DNA of 64,000 nucleotides from NCBI GenBank assembly GCA_041650515.1, contig JBAZLA010000001.1, positions 18,710 through 82,709 on the forward strand, written 5' to 3'. Below, one piece after another: positions 8,104 through 18,467 of the stretch. Origin of the DNA: Patescibacteria group bacterium. Lineage in GTDB: Bacteria > Patescibacteriota > Patescibacteriia > JACRDY01. The position numbers were made by a program, and so were the translations under genes. Within the stretch, counting starts at the first letter, position 1; the number at the start of each line of letters is the position of its first letter. Under the pieces are notes generated by a model. That model saw nothing but the letters and a program-made list of their open reading frames with translations, had not been told where the DNA came from and made no database searches.

Positions 8104-9414
8104 ATGCGACCAAAACACCTCCGTCTCATTTTAATCATGATCCTAATCATCGTCGCTAGTCTGCGCTACCTTTTTTGGTATCCCAAAATTACTCCCGATC
8201 AACTAGCTTACTATAACGATCAAGGTTCGACCACTTTTATCGGCTTGATAACCAGCGAACCTGAAAAAAATCTCAAAAACACCAAGCTAGTTGTCTCGGG
8301 GCAGGATTTAAAAGGTAAAGTTTTGATCACCACTTATCTCTGGCCAGAATATCATTATGGCGACCAATTAGAAATTAATTGCCGGCTTCAAGCGCCCCAA
8401 CCAATCGAGGATTTTGCTTATGACAAATATCTAGCTAAATCGCAAATTTATTCTCTTTGCTACCAGCCCCAAATCAAACTCCTAGCCCAAAATCAGGGCA
8501 ATCGGTTTTATAGTCAAATTTTAAAAGTGAAAAACCGCCTGGGCCAAACTATTGACCAGAGTTTGCCTAGTCCACAGTCAGCCCTGCTAAAAGCCCTACT
8601 CCTGGGCGACCGTGGCGATCTACCCCCAGAACTTACAGCGGCTTTTAGTCGAGTTAGTTTAACTCATATCATTGCCGTCTCTGGTTCGCACTTGGTAATA
8701 ATTATTGCCGTGTTAATGAATCTACTCTTGGGTCTAGGCCTACGCCGTAAAGTCGCCTTTTATTTTATTGTCTCAATTCTGATTACTTATACTTTGCTAG
8801 TCGGCGCGCCAGCTTCGGCGGTCCGCGCCACGATTATGGGTATTATGACGCTCTTGGCCCAACAAATCGGCCGGCTCAATCGTTCCAGCTGGTCGCTAAT
8901 CCTGACTGCTCTAGTGATGTTAGCCATCAACCCACTGCTGCTATTCTACGACGTTGGCTTCCAACTTTCTTTTCTCTCAGTCTGGGGCCTAATGAGTATC
9001 TCGCCTTTATTAGAAAAGTGGCTAATCAAAGTATCAATCCCCAACTGGTTAGGGTTAAAAGACTCTTTAATTATGACGCTGGCGGCCCAAATCGCCACTT
9101 TGCCATTAATTATTTACCAGTTTGGCCAAGCTTCCCTGGTCGCGCCACTAGCTAACCTATTAATTTTGCCAGCCGTGGAGCTAATTATGATCTTGGGGTT
9201 TGCCGCCACTTTTATCGGTCTAATTAATCTAACACTGGGACAAATCTTATTCTATTTAGAGTGGCCGCTACTACAATATTTTATTAAAACAACAGCCTGG
9301 CTAGCCAGCTGGCACTATTCAGCGCTAACCGGGATAAAAATCGGCTGGTGGTTTTTGATAGCTAGTTATAGAATCATCCTAATTATAAAACACGTAACCC
9401 AACATAAGACATAG
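8104..9414 (+). CDS. comEC: ComEC/Rec2 competence protein, N-terminal membrane channel part (DUF4131 plus Competence domain)
   Basis: Polytopic membrane protein; pairs with the downstream MBL-domain ORF. Confidence 0.8.
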   Translation: MRPKHLRLILIMILIIVASLRYLFWYPKITPDQLAYYNDQGSTTFIGLITSEPEKNLKNTKLVVSGQDLKGKVLITTYLWPEYHYGDQLEINCRLQAPQPIEDFAYDKYLAKSQIYSLCYQPQIKLLAQNQGNRFYSQILKVKNRLGQTIDQSLPSPQSALLKALLLGDRGDLPPELTAAFSRVSLTHIIAVSGSHLVIIIAVLMNLLLGLGLRRKVAFYFIVSILITYTLLVGAPASAVRATIMGIMTLLAQQIGRLNRSSWSLILTALVMLAINPLLLFYDVGFQLSFLSVWGLMSISPLLEKWLIKVSIPNWLGLKDSLIMTLAAQIATLPLIIYQFGQASLVAPLANLLILPAVELIMILGFAATFIGLINLTLGQILFYLEWPLLQYFIKTTAWLASWHYSALTGIKIGWWFLIASYRIILIIKHVTQHKT

Positions 9415-9449
9415 TTAATGACCCCATCCTGTTATATACTTCATATTAC

Positions 9450-10319
9450 GTGTTTTACAAAAACATGAACACCAAAAAAATTATTGCTTATCTATCTATT
9501 CTTCTCGCTCTGCTTGTCACTCTAACAGGCGGATTCTACTATTACCAAGCTAGCCAAATTCTTCGCGTCACCTTCTGTGATGTTGGCCAGGGCGACGCTA
9601 TTTTGATCCAAACGCCCCAACGACAGAATATTCTAATCGACGGCGGACCAGACAACTCGGTCCTCAATTGTTTAGGTAAAAACTTACCATTCTACGATCG
9701 CCAGCTAAGCTTGGTCATTCTTACTCACCCCCACGCCGATCACACCACTGGTTTAATCGAGGTTCTAAATCGCTACCAAGTTAAGCAAGTTTTACTAACT
9801 AAGACGAAATATTCTGATCCTATTTACAACCAACTGTTAAGTTTAATCCAACAAAAAAATATTCCGACCGTTGATCCCGCAAATCAGCCCAATTTTAATC
9901 TCAGCCAAAATATCAACCTGGCGACTCTTTATCCTTTAACCTCTTTAGTAGACCAAACCGTTGATAATATTAATAATACTTCCATCGTTAATAAGCTTAC
10001 TTATCAAAACATTTCCTTTCTATTTATGGGCGATCTAGAGGTGGCGGCCGAAAATGTCTTAATTCTTAATCAACCCAATCTAAAATCTGACGTTCTAAAA
10101 GTCGGCCACCACGGTAGCACCTCTTCCTCGGCGCCAGAATTTTTAAATTTAGTTAAACCCAGAATCGCTATTATCTCGGTCGGGGTAAAAAATACTTACA
10201 GCCTACCCAGTCTACGAACAATTAGGCGGCTAGAGAAACTTGGCAGTCAAGTTATCCAAACCAGCCTAAGTGGTGAGATAACAATCCAAAGTGACGGCCA
10301 AAAATTTTGGCTAAAATAA
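9450..10319 (+). CDS. ComEC C-terminal metallo-beta-lactamase domain protein (split comEC)
   Basis: Carries LTHPHADHTTGL and VGHHGS motifs, with an N-terminal TM anchor. Confidence 0.85.
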   Translation: MFYKNMNTKKIIAYLSILLALLVTLTGGFYYYQASQILRVTFCDVGQGDAILIQTPQRQNILIDGGPDNSVLNCLGKNLPFYDRQLSLVILTHPHADHTTGLIEVLNRYQVKQVLLTKTKYSDPIYNQLLSLIQQKNIPTVDPANQPNFNLSQNINLATLYPLTSLVDQTVDNINNTSIVNKLTYQNISFLFMGDLEVAAENVLILNQPNLKSDVLKVGHHGSTSSSAPEFLNLVKPRIAIISVGVKNTYSLPSLRTIRRLEKLGSQVIQTSLSGEITIQSDGQKFWLK

Positions 10320-10655
10320 AAGCAACCCGAGGAAGACGGCTTTGTCTTATTAGTTATATCGGCCGAATATCATCTTAATCCGTGAGGGTTTGGGGCTGGC
10401 ATGGAGCAAAGTCGAACTTCGACCTCTTCTGATTACACCGAAGAGCGAGGCGGGTTAGTCCGTAGACAGCTAAACAATGAATCGCGCCTTATGAACCCCA
10501 AAGGTTTTTTGGTCCGCCTAGACTTGCTAGGCGAGGCTGGTTACTTTTTTGACTCCAAAAAAGTGACATTTACCTTAATAAATATAGTTACAAAGGATGA
10601 TAATAATTAAAACAATATAAATAAACAAATCGCCCTACAAATACAAAACATTTTA
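10320..10655. repeat. GC-rich structured repeat, copy B, flanked by a 27-bp direct duplication (10307-10333 and 10656-10682) of the comEC 3' end
   Basis: ttggctaaaataaaagcaRcccgagga appears on both sides (26 of 27 identical). The interior shares the aacaatgaatcgcgcct and ttacttttttgactccaaaaaagtgac modules with copy A. Confidence 0.75.
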
Positions 10656-10715
10656 TTGGCTAAAATAAAAGCAGCCCGAGGATACCGGACTGCTTAAATT
10701 TTTCTAATAACTCAA

Positions 10716-11927
10716 TTACTTGGAAGCGCCGCTATAAGCGATTGATCGAACAATTGACCAATCATTAGTGCTACCAGACACCGGGGAGTGACCATAAAGC
10801 TGGCGGAAAATATTAATTGCGTTTTTCTCAGCCACCAACTCGTCGCGATCTGGGCTACGTAGCGCATAGGCCATATAGTGGATCGCCATATCATCAGCCA
10901 TTACCGAGAAAACGGGCAAACGGCGATAAATCTTTACAAATTGAGCAATCGCCCAACGTTCGCGATCTAAATTCCGCTGAACAGTCTTGTGGGCATTACA
11001 CATTCTAGCTACATCTTCCCAATCTAAATCGGTGTTAGGCATGCGACCAAAAACATTCTGAAAATCTAATATCACACCACCACGTTCACGCTCACCTAGG
11101 CTCTTAGCTTGGTCAGTAGTGCCATAAGCAATAAAGTGAACTACTTCCCAACCACCATTAGCACCACTTGGTAGGTGTTTGGTTAGACTAACATAGAGAT
11201 TTAAACCATTTAATTCAGCTTTCAAATCAGGAGTGGCCGGTCGCGCTGGCTGAGCATTACCATTACCAGTACCTTCTGGAGCGGCTGGCGTTGCTGGTGT
11301 TGCTGGAGCAGCCGGAACGGTTGTATCACCAGCGTTAGGTGGGGTTGATGGTAAAGTCGGTGCAGAATAGCTACCACCGCCACCGCCACCGCCGCTACCA
11401 CCACTACTAGTATAAACAGTAGAGCTAGGGACGTTAGAAATAGCACTGTAGTTATCATTATCATCAACTGTATAAATAGCAAAATAGTAGGTGTTACCAG
11501 AACTCAAACTAGTGACCGTTGCTGTATGCGTACCTTGAACAGCAACTGTCTCGCCCAAAGTACCTTCATCTTTATTGGCATCACCGCTACTGGTGGCATA
11601 ATAAAGTTCGTAATTTTCAAAATTATCTAGGTCTGTGCCATCAGCCGCCTCCGTCACTGCTGACCAGTTACAAGAAATTGTGGTACTGGTCGCGCCGTTA
11701 CAAGACAGATTGGTGACTGCCGCTGGAACATCTGAACTAGTTTCAAAACCATAACCATAGGTGTCACTAATCCAGCCGTAGCCGTAGCCAGATTGCTTTT
11801 CCGCGTAGGCATAATTGTAATAACCCGTAGCGGAAACAATAACTACAATCAAAGCCACTAGAAAAAATCTAGTTAAATTCTTTTCTTGTTTAAACCATTT
11901 TTGGGAAGCGCAAATGAGTTCTTTCAT
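10716..11927 (-). CDS. Membrane-anchored surface protein: fibronectin-III-like domain, Gly/Pro/Thr-rich linker and a conserved C-terminal domain of unknown function
   Basis: N-terminal TM, an SGGSGGGGGGGS run and PATPATPAAP repeats. Confidence 0.55.
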   Translation of the reverse strand: MKELICASQKWFKQEKNLTRFFLVALIVVIVSATGYYNYAYAEKQSGYGYGWISDTYGYGFETSSDVPAAVTNLSCNGATSTTISCNWSAVTEAADGTDLDNFENYELYYATSSGDANKDEGTLGETVAVQGTHTATVTSLSSGNTYYFAIYTVDDNDNYSAISNVPSSTVYTSSGGSGGGGGGGSYSAPTLPSTPPNAGDTTVPAAPATPATPAAPEGTGNGNAQPARPATPDLKAELNGLNLYVSLTKHLPSGANGGWEVVHFIAYGTTDQAKSLGERERGGVILDFQNVFGRMPNTDLDWEDVARMCNAHKTVQRNLDRERWAIAQFVKIYRRLPVFSVMADDMAIHYMAYALRSPDRDELVAEKNAINIFRQLYGHSPVSGSTNDWSIVRSIAYSGASK

Positions 11928-12195
11928 CTTCTTCTCCTAATCTACGCCGACCCCCCCATTAATTATTCCTAAAAATAACCAGGAGTGTCAGCCATAGGTA
12001 ATTTATTTTTTATATTTATACATTTATATTATATAACATTTAAATAAATAGAGCAAAGGTAGGCTCCAACACTTTATCCACAGCCACGCTTAAAGTGCAA
12101 CAATCTTTACTAAAATTCGTATTTTAGTTAAAATATTAATACTTTTAGCTAAAATAAGCCCCAAAATTACCATTTTAGGTCTAAAACCTCAAAAA

Positions 12196-13743
12196 ATGAC
12201 TACTAAACTCGCTAAAATTACTTTCGGCCTTTTGCTTTTTATCCTTATTGGCTATGGCTGTCTGTTACGTGTCTATCAATTAGATCAACAATCTTACTGG
12301 ATCGATGAGGGCTATACCCTCAATGCTGTTTTGGCTACTTTAGAACACGGCTACCCGATTCTTGACTCAGGCTATCACTATTCACGCGGCCTGCTTAATA
12401 CTTATCTCATTTCTCTAGCCACTAAAGTTGGCGGTTTTAACCCCTGGGCGACACGCAGCGTCGCCGTAGTTTTTGGCACCGCTTTTATTATCCTAATTTA
12501 TTATTTTACTAAAAAACTGTTTGATAAAAAAACCGCTGTCTTCACTGCTATTTTCGTAACTTTTTCTTACTGGGAGATTGCCTGGAGCCGCCAAGCCCGA
12601 ATGTATATCCAGCTCCAGTTTTTCTTTTTTCTCTCCCTCTATCTATTTTGGCTACTCTTAGAAAAATTTTCTTACAAAAGATTAATTATGCTAATCATCA
12701 GCACGCTGCTGGCGATCCTTAGCCATGCCTTAGGAATAATTTTACTAGCTATTTATATTATTTATCTACTATTGTATAAACTCTATCTTGACCTAGAAAA
12801 AAGGAAAAATAATAAAAAACTGAAAGAAATATTACCCATTTGGTGGGAAGAAATTAAGAATGTTAATATCTGGAAAATATTATCCGTCTTATTTTTGCTA
12901 ATCATACTATTAGCCTATACCCTGCCGCCAGTCTATAAAATTATTGCTAATTTAATATTAAAAAAATCCGACTACGTCGGCGGCGGCTATCAAAATTTTT
13001 TGATTCAAGAAATGAGATGGATTTTGATGCTAACAATGGTTGGCGCGCTGTGGGGTTTAATCAAAAAACAGTCTTTTTTAAATTCGCTGTTTTTAGTCCT
13101 CTCATACTTTGTACCATTTTTATTAATTACTTTGAGTACCGACTTGGGTCATTATCGTTATCTTTTCTTTATTTTGCCAATCTTATATATCTTTGCTGGT
13201 TATCTTATAAAAAACATCACCGAGCTTTTAATCAAACGACCAATTATCAACACTTTTTTATCTTTGCTCCTAGTTGCCATTATTATTAGCAACCAAGGCT
13301 TTGTTCTTTTACCTAAAACCTATTATCCTTTGGAACCCAAAACACCGATGCCTAATTTTAGTGGCGTCTACCAAATTATTAAAACAACCGGCTGGAACAA
13401 TCAATTGACCATTATCTCTCCCTTTCCCCAGATGGATAAAATTTATCTAGGCAAAAGTGATTATTTTTTGCCAATCAGTCTAACCGGAAAGGACAGCTCG
13501 CTAGAACAAGCACTACAACCAAACAAAAGGCAAGAAATATACACTGATGCTTGGGTAATTAATAATGAACAAGAACTAGAACAAATATTACGGAATTACC
13601 ATGGCTATATTATCTTTGATACTCTAGCCGAGGATCGACTTGGCCGCCCGATTATTGATTTAATCAGAAGCCAAATCCACACTAAACTTATCTGGAACGA
13701 CAGTCAAAATAAACAACAAAATATCTGGCTTTGGCAATTTTAA
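12196..13743 (+). CDS. GT-C fold membrane glycosyltransferase (PMT/ArnT family, polyprenyl-phosphate-sugar dependent)
   Basis: Polytopic, with an N-terminal DEGY-type loop motif typical of ArnT/PMT_2 enzymes. Confidence 0.65.
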   Translation: MTTKLAKITFGLLLFILIGYGCLLRVYQLDQQSYWIDEGYTLNAVLATLEHGYPILDSGYHYSRGLLNTYLISLATKVGGFNPWATRSVAVVFGTAFIILIYYFTKKLFDKKTAVFTAIFVTFSYWEIAWSRQARMYIQLQFFFFLSLYLFWLLLEKFSYKRLIMLIISTLLAILSHALGIILLAIYIIYLLLYKLYLDLEKRKNNKKLKEILPIWWEEIKNVNIWKILSVLFLLIILLAYTLPPVYKIIANLILKKSDYVGGGYQNFLIQEMRWILMLTMVGALWGLIKKQSFLNSLFLVLSYFVPFLLITLSTDLGHYRYLFFILPILYIFAGYLIKNITELLIKRPIINTFLSLLLVAIIISNQGFVLLPKTYYPLEPKTPMPNFSGVYQIIKTTGWNNQLTIISPFPQMDKIYLGKSDYFLPISLTGKDSSLEQALQPNKRQEIYTDAWVINNEQELEQILRNYHGYIIFDTLAEDRLGRPIIDLIRSQIHTKLIWNDSQNKQQNIWLWQF

Positions 13744-13795
13744 ATTAATTCGCTATAATAATTCTGCTATATTTTTTATAATTTAATATACTAAA

Positions 13796-15916
13796 ATGTT
13801 TAACCGTAAATCAACTGTTTATTTAATTTTTCCATTATTACTCATAATAAACCTGGTTTGGCTACTAGAAGATAAACAAATAGGATTATTAATTTTATTT
13901 ATTGGTCTACTGATCACTTGGTTAATTTCAGTTTTTTCCGATTTATCCAAAGGAAACAACGAAATTAAATTATTTGCCCAAAAAATAAAAAGATATTACC
14001 AACCACTATTTAAAAGCTTCAAACGTACTAAAAACAAAATAAAGCGTAGTTTAGATAAAGGAACCGCTAAAATTAACGAAACAGAGAAAAGTAAAAAGGA
14101 AAAATTTTCCACCCAATTCCCCCGCCTAAGCCAGAAGTTATTACTCGGAAAGATGCTAGGTTTAATCTATGTTGAAGCACCATATATTATATTATCAACT
14201 CTGTTGATCATCAGCGGAATAATCTTCATTATTTACCCCAATCACTATCTTGGGCTATTTTTCATGGGCATACTCATCTGGGGTAGCTGGCTGAGGAATC
14301 CCCAAATTTTGATTGTTGATAAGAAAGAAAAAATAGAAACCCCAAAAGTTAGAACCGCTTTTCTGATTATAACCTTAGTAATAATATTTATTGTTAGATT
14401 AATATTTATAAATTGGAGTAGCGGCTATGAATTTTTTCACTCTGGCGAATCGGGTTTTAATAGTCTAATCAAAAAATTTGCGGCGGGAGACTGGGGCGTA
14501 CTAGCTCGAAAATCTCAATCTATAATGATCTATTTATTTGGTATTTGGCAGATGATTATTAAAACGCTAAAAATAGATTCTTTAGTTGGACTAAGATTCA
14601 TAATTAATATTGCTACTTTTTTTAATGTTATTCTCACCTGGAAAATCGCTAGCCTGATATTTAGCAAACATCGCTTCAAAAAACCGATTGCCTACTTCAG
14701 CTTAGCCGCTATTGGTTTTAGTTATTTTATTATTTTTTACTCTAATTTAGTCAGGCCAGATATTATAATTTTATTAATTTATAATATATTATTTTATTAT
14801 ATTTTAAAAAAACAGAAGATATCCTTTGCGGTTACCGCTATTATCGCCGGCGTTTGCCTAGCCTTTAAAGGTAGCGGAATGCTTTTAATAATTATCAACT
14901 TGGCACTTTTTATCCTACTAACCTGGCAAAAAGAAAATTATAGAATTATAAAAATTTTATATCCCCGACATATTCTAGCAATAATTAATATCATTTTTAT
15001 CTCGCTTCTGGTCTACTATTTTCTGACCCCCTATCTTTATAATAACCCACTGAGAACCTTCGAGACTATTAATAAGGGGCTAGAACATTTTGGTACCGGC
15101 CATTACGGCCTCTTTCCAACTAATATCTCATTCCAGAGGATGATTCTCGACCGACTAGCAATATTGGGCTGGTCCTTCTCACCTTTTATTCTGCTGGCGA
15201 TACCAGGAGCTATTCTATATTTGGTCAAATGGCTACCAACTTCCATCAATAAAATAAAGGAAGCAACGACCCAAGAATTAATCAAAATTTCCTTGGCTTT
15301 TGGCGTAATAATTTTTCCGCTTTATATCGGTCAACAGGTAATTCAGTTCGGTCGCTATTATTTCCCCCTACTAACACTAATGATAATTTTCGCTAGCTAT
15401 ATCCTATGTGTTACTTTAAGAAATAAATATTTAATCATTCTAGCCTTACTGGCAATATTAGCCTTCAACTTTAGCTTTTATCCTCATCTTTTGAATAATT
15501 CCAGGATTGAGGCTAGCCAACTACTAGCGGAAATACCAAGCCAAAAAATATATCGTCTAATCAATACCTCTCGCCCCTGGCAGTATCCACCGGCAGGTGA
15601 TAAAAAGTACGTCTGGGTAGATAAAATTGGCAAAATACCAGATGGTGGATACCTCATTGTTCCACAACATAGTTACTATAAATTCTATAATTATCTAAAA
15701 AATCCTGAGCTTTATGCTCCAGGTGATTGGTATCCAGATGAAAAACCAGAACAAAAATATTTTAATAACTTCAATAAAATTTTTCAATTGAAACCAGTCA
15801 AAAAAACTGACAAAAAAAATTTCTTTTGGTTTTCCAACGATCAACTTCCCTATGATATCTGGTATATGACTCACCCTAATTACTATATCTATCATATTAA
15901 CCAGCATAATAACTAG
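13796..15916 (+). CDS. Large polytopic membrane protein, probably a second GT-C (PMT_2-like) glycosyltransferase
   Basis: Twelve or more TM segments with PMT_2-like loop composition. Weaker call. Confidence 0.5.
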   Translation: MFNRKSTVYLIFPLLLIINLVWLLEDKQIGLLILFIGLLITWLISVFSDLSKGNNEIKLFAQKIKRYYQPLFKSFKRTKNKIKRSLDKGTAKINETEKSKKEKFSTQFPRLSQKLLLGKMLGLIYVEAPYIILSTLLIISGIIFIIYPNHYLGLFFMGILIWGSWLRNPQILIVDKKEKIETPKVRTAFLIITLVIIFIVRLIFINWSSGYEFFHSGESGFNSLIKKFAAGDWGVLARKSQSIMIYLFGIWQMIIKTLKIDSLVGLRFIINIATFFNVILTWKIASLIFSKHRFKKPIAYFSLAAIGFSYFIIFYSNLVRPDIIILLIYNILFYYILKKQKISFAVTAIIAGVCLAFKGSGMLLIIINLALFILLTWQKENYRIIKILYPRHILAIINIIFISLLVYYFLTPYLYNNPLRTFETINKGLEHFGTGHYGLFPTNISFQRMILDRLAILGWSFSPFILLAIPGAILYLVKWLPTSINKIKEATTQELIKISLAFGVIIFPLYIGQQVIQFGRYYFPLLTLMIIFASYILCVTLRNKYLIILALLAILAFNFSFYPHLLNNSRIEASQLLAEIPSQKIYRLINTSRPWQYPPAGDKKYVWVDKIGKIPDGGYLIVPQHSYYKFYNYLKNPELYAPGDWYPDEKPEQKYFNNFNKIFQLKPVKKTDKKNFFWFSNDQLPYDIWYMTHPNYYIYHINQHNN

Positions 15917-15983
15917 TCCCCGATACCTTACTAACTAAAAAGAGAGCCAATGCTCTCTTTTTTTTGAAAAACCAATCAATTTT

Positions 15984-16853
15984 CTACCATTTCTTTTTAA
16001 AAATAGTAACCAAACCTGGCAAAGATAAAATAAAACCAATGATATAACCAATTAAACTATAAACTACAACAAATTCAATGGAAACTCCTAAAAAGATAAA
16101 CCATAAATATTCCCTCAGCCCATAACCATTAACCGAAACCGGCACCATCAAAGCTAGATGAACCAACGAAGCAAAAAATAATAACCTCAATAAACTAATA
16201 TTATAGCCAACTGTTTTAAACTCAATAAATGATATCAATACTAGTCCAATTGAATAAACAACTGACAAGATAAAGGGCAAAAAAAAGTTTAATTTCCAGA
16301 TCTTCATTAAATATAAATTGACCAATAAAACACCAATAAAGACTAACGCAATAATTATTAGATACAAAACTCTTATTTTAATTAACAACGCTGACACCAA
16401 TAGAACTAAAACTATGGACAACAAACCCAAAAGTCGATCATAAATCGAGGTAGCTAAAGCAACTTTCTTATCGGATATATAAATTAAACGGCCAGTCTCT
16501 TGACCCAAACCACCCGGTAAAATGAAATTGACTAGATTGGAAAAACGATTAATTAAATATAAGTTTAAAAAAGAAATACCGATCCCTTTTTTTCTTAAAA
16601 TAACCAGATAGCGTAAATTATATATTAAGGAAACTAAAAAAGTAACTAGTAGGGCGACAAAAAAATAACCAACATTTATTTTATAAAAAATATAAACTAA
16701 CTTCTGCCAATCAATCAAAGTAACAACATAAAATATAACCAAACAAGAAAAAATGACTTTAGAAATAAAAAATGGGAGGCGATATTTTTCTTTAAAAGCC
16801 TTAAATAGTGACAGTTTTTCAGAAAAATTTATTTGTCTAATTTTTTTTAACAC
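15984..16853 (-). CDS. Flippase-like membrane protein (lysylphosphatidylglycerol-synthase TM region / UPF0104 family)
   Basis: Eight-TM protein of the kind usually encoded next to GT2/GT-C glycosylation genes. Confidence 0.55.
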   Translation of the reverse strand: MLKKIRQINFSEKLSLFKAFKEKYRLPFFISKVIFSCLVIFYVVTLIDWQKLVYIFYKINVGYFFVALLVTFLVSLIYNLRYLVILRKKGIGISFLNLYLINRFSNLVNFILPGGLGQETGRLIYISDKKVALATSIYDRLLGLLSIVLVLLVSALLIKIRVLYLIIIALVFIGVLLVNLYLMKIWKLNFFLPFILSVVYSIGLVLISFIEFKTVGYNISLLRLLFFASLVHLALMVPVSVNGYGLREYLWFIFLGVSIEFVVVYSLIGYIIGFILSLPGLVTIFKKKW

Positions 16854-17637
16854 AAACGTAGATTTGATCCTTAGTAAAGTAATTAACTAAGGGCAGACTT
16901 GAAATAAACAACTCAACATAAAATAAAATCCGTGGCGGTAAGATAACAAAATTTTTGTAACCAGGAAAAAAAGTAAAATGATAAATTTTAATTATTTTAA
17001 ATCCGGTTTCATCTAATAACTTCCTAACTTCGCATTGACTCATAGTGCTAATAATCCGTCGTCGACCTAATCTAAGCGCCGCTAAATCATTCTTCAACGG
17101 CCACCTCATCACTTGATGCAATAGCCAAGCAATTACACCCATCAATGAATACCGATTCATATGATTATTAACCACTAAATAACCATCGCTAGACAGTTTA
17201 TTGTGTAACGCCCGTAATATATTTAAACGATTATTCGGTTCCAGATTAAGAATCAGACGAAAGGCCGTAACCAGCTCAAAATAATCATCCGGCAACGAAC
17301 CGCCGTTTTTAGTAATATCACCAACGATAAATTTGACTTCGGCTGATTTAATACTCTTTTGCGCTTCTTCAACCATCTGCGGCGATAAATCATAGCCAAT
17401 GTACGATCTAAATCTAAAATTTTGCGAGATAAACCTAATTATTCTACCTGTACCACAAGCAAAATCAAGGTAATTTTTATCTTGATTCTGTAGGTCATTA
17501 AAAATCTTGACTAAAAAATATTTTTCTAAATCAAAAATAAAATTCTCGAATCTATTGCCTATCCTTTTATTATAATTTAATCCAGCATCTGAGGATTGAG
17601 AATAAATTTTGGAATAATCTGAGTTGTAACCAATCAT
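16837..17637 (-). CDS. Class I SAM-dependent methyltransferase
   Basis: Motif I LDFACGTGR and motif II/III spacing. Confidence 0.8.
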   Translation of the reverse strand: MIGYNSDYSKIYSQSSDAGLNYNKRIGNRFENFIFDLEKYFLVKIFNDLQNQDKNYLDFACGTGRIIRFISQNFRFRSYIGYDLSPQMVEEAQKSIKSAEVKFIVGDITKNGGSLPDDYFELVTAFRLILNLEPNNRLNILRALHNKLSSDGYLVVNNHMNRYSLMGVIAWLLHQVMRWPLKNDLAALRLGRRRIISTMSQCEVRKLLDETGFKIIKIYHFTFFPGYKNFVILPPRILFYVELFISSLPLVNYFTKDQIYVCVKKN

Positions 17638-17638
17638 A

Positions 17639-18460
17639 TTAAAATGATATTCTATCTATGTTTCTCTTAAGCGCGGCAATAATGATATAAGACCATAATA
17701 ATATATATAAACGCTTTAACCAACTCAGTGGATCCTTGGCCATTGAGTATTTTTTAATATCCTCTAGTCTAGATCTAATAAATATATTTAACTTTTGGCC
17801 AGAAAATTTGCTAGTAGAATTTTCAAAATAACCAGTAAGAAAAGATAAAATTAACGGATAACGTCTAACTAGAAATAAATTATAAAAAATATTATAAGGA
17901 TACAGATTAAATAAAAATCTAGCTAAATCATAATAAGGAGAATTACGATATTGGAACTCATATATTGACGGATCAAAGATAAAAATTTTATCATTCATAA
18001 AACCAACATTTTTATTGTTTAAATCACCATGGCAATAACACAAATCGTCATTAACTTTTGACTGATTGTGCAAAGCGCTCAAATAGCCACCTAAATTATA
18101 AAAAACATCTTTTATCTTATTCTTATTATTAAAAAAATTAAAATTTTTAAGAAGAAAATTATTAAACTTGGTAAAATTAAAACATTCTTGGATATAGAAT
18201 AATTGATCTTTGTTGATATAAACTAATTTAGGAGTTATAACTAACGATGACTTAATATTATCTAGCCTCCCTAGGCCGGCCAGTTCTCGACTAAACATCT
18301 CGTTGGTTGAAATTGGCTCCAATGGATTACTATTTTCCTTATTGAGAAAAAACTTAGCTAAATAACTGGCGTCACCATCATTAAAATAATAAATGTTGGA
18401 AAAATACCCAGAGTGAACCAACTTACTGGGGAATTCTTTTTCTTGGTAATTAATAATCAT
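17639..18460 (-). CDS. Protein-kinase-like phosphotransferase (APH / choline kinase type)
   Basis: CHGDLNNKNV catalytic loop and DxS motif. The start is taken at the internal Met (METMIINYQ) just after the upstream stop. Confidence 0.6.
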   Translation of the reverse strand: MIINYQEKEFPSKLVHSGYFSNIYYFNDGDASYLAKFFLNKENSNPLEPISTNEMFSRELAGLGRLDNIKSSLVITPKLVYINKDQLFYIQECFNFTKFNNFLLKNFNFFNNKNKIKDVFYNLGGYLSALHNQSKVNDDLCYCHGDLNNKNVGFMNDKIFIFDPSIYEFQYRNSPYYDLARFLFNLYPYNIFYNLFLVRRYPLILSFLTGYFENSTSKFSGQKLNIFIRSRLEDIKKYSMAKDPLSWLKRLYILLWSYIIIAALKRNIDRISF

Positions 18461-18467
18461 TGTCTCT

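Noticed and set aside
10401-10610. 69-aa ORF inside GC-rich repeat copy B
   Set aside because: Spans the non-coding repeat modules shared with ORF-less copies. No RBS.
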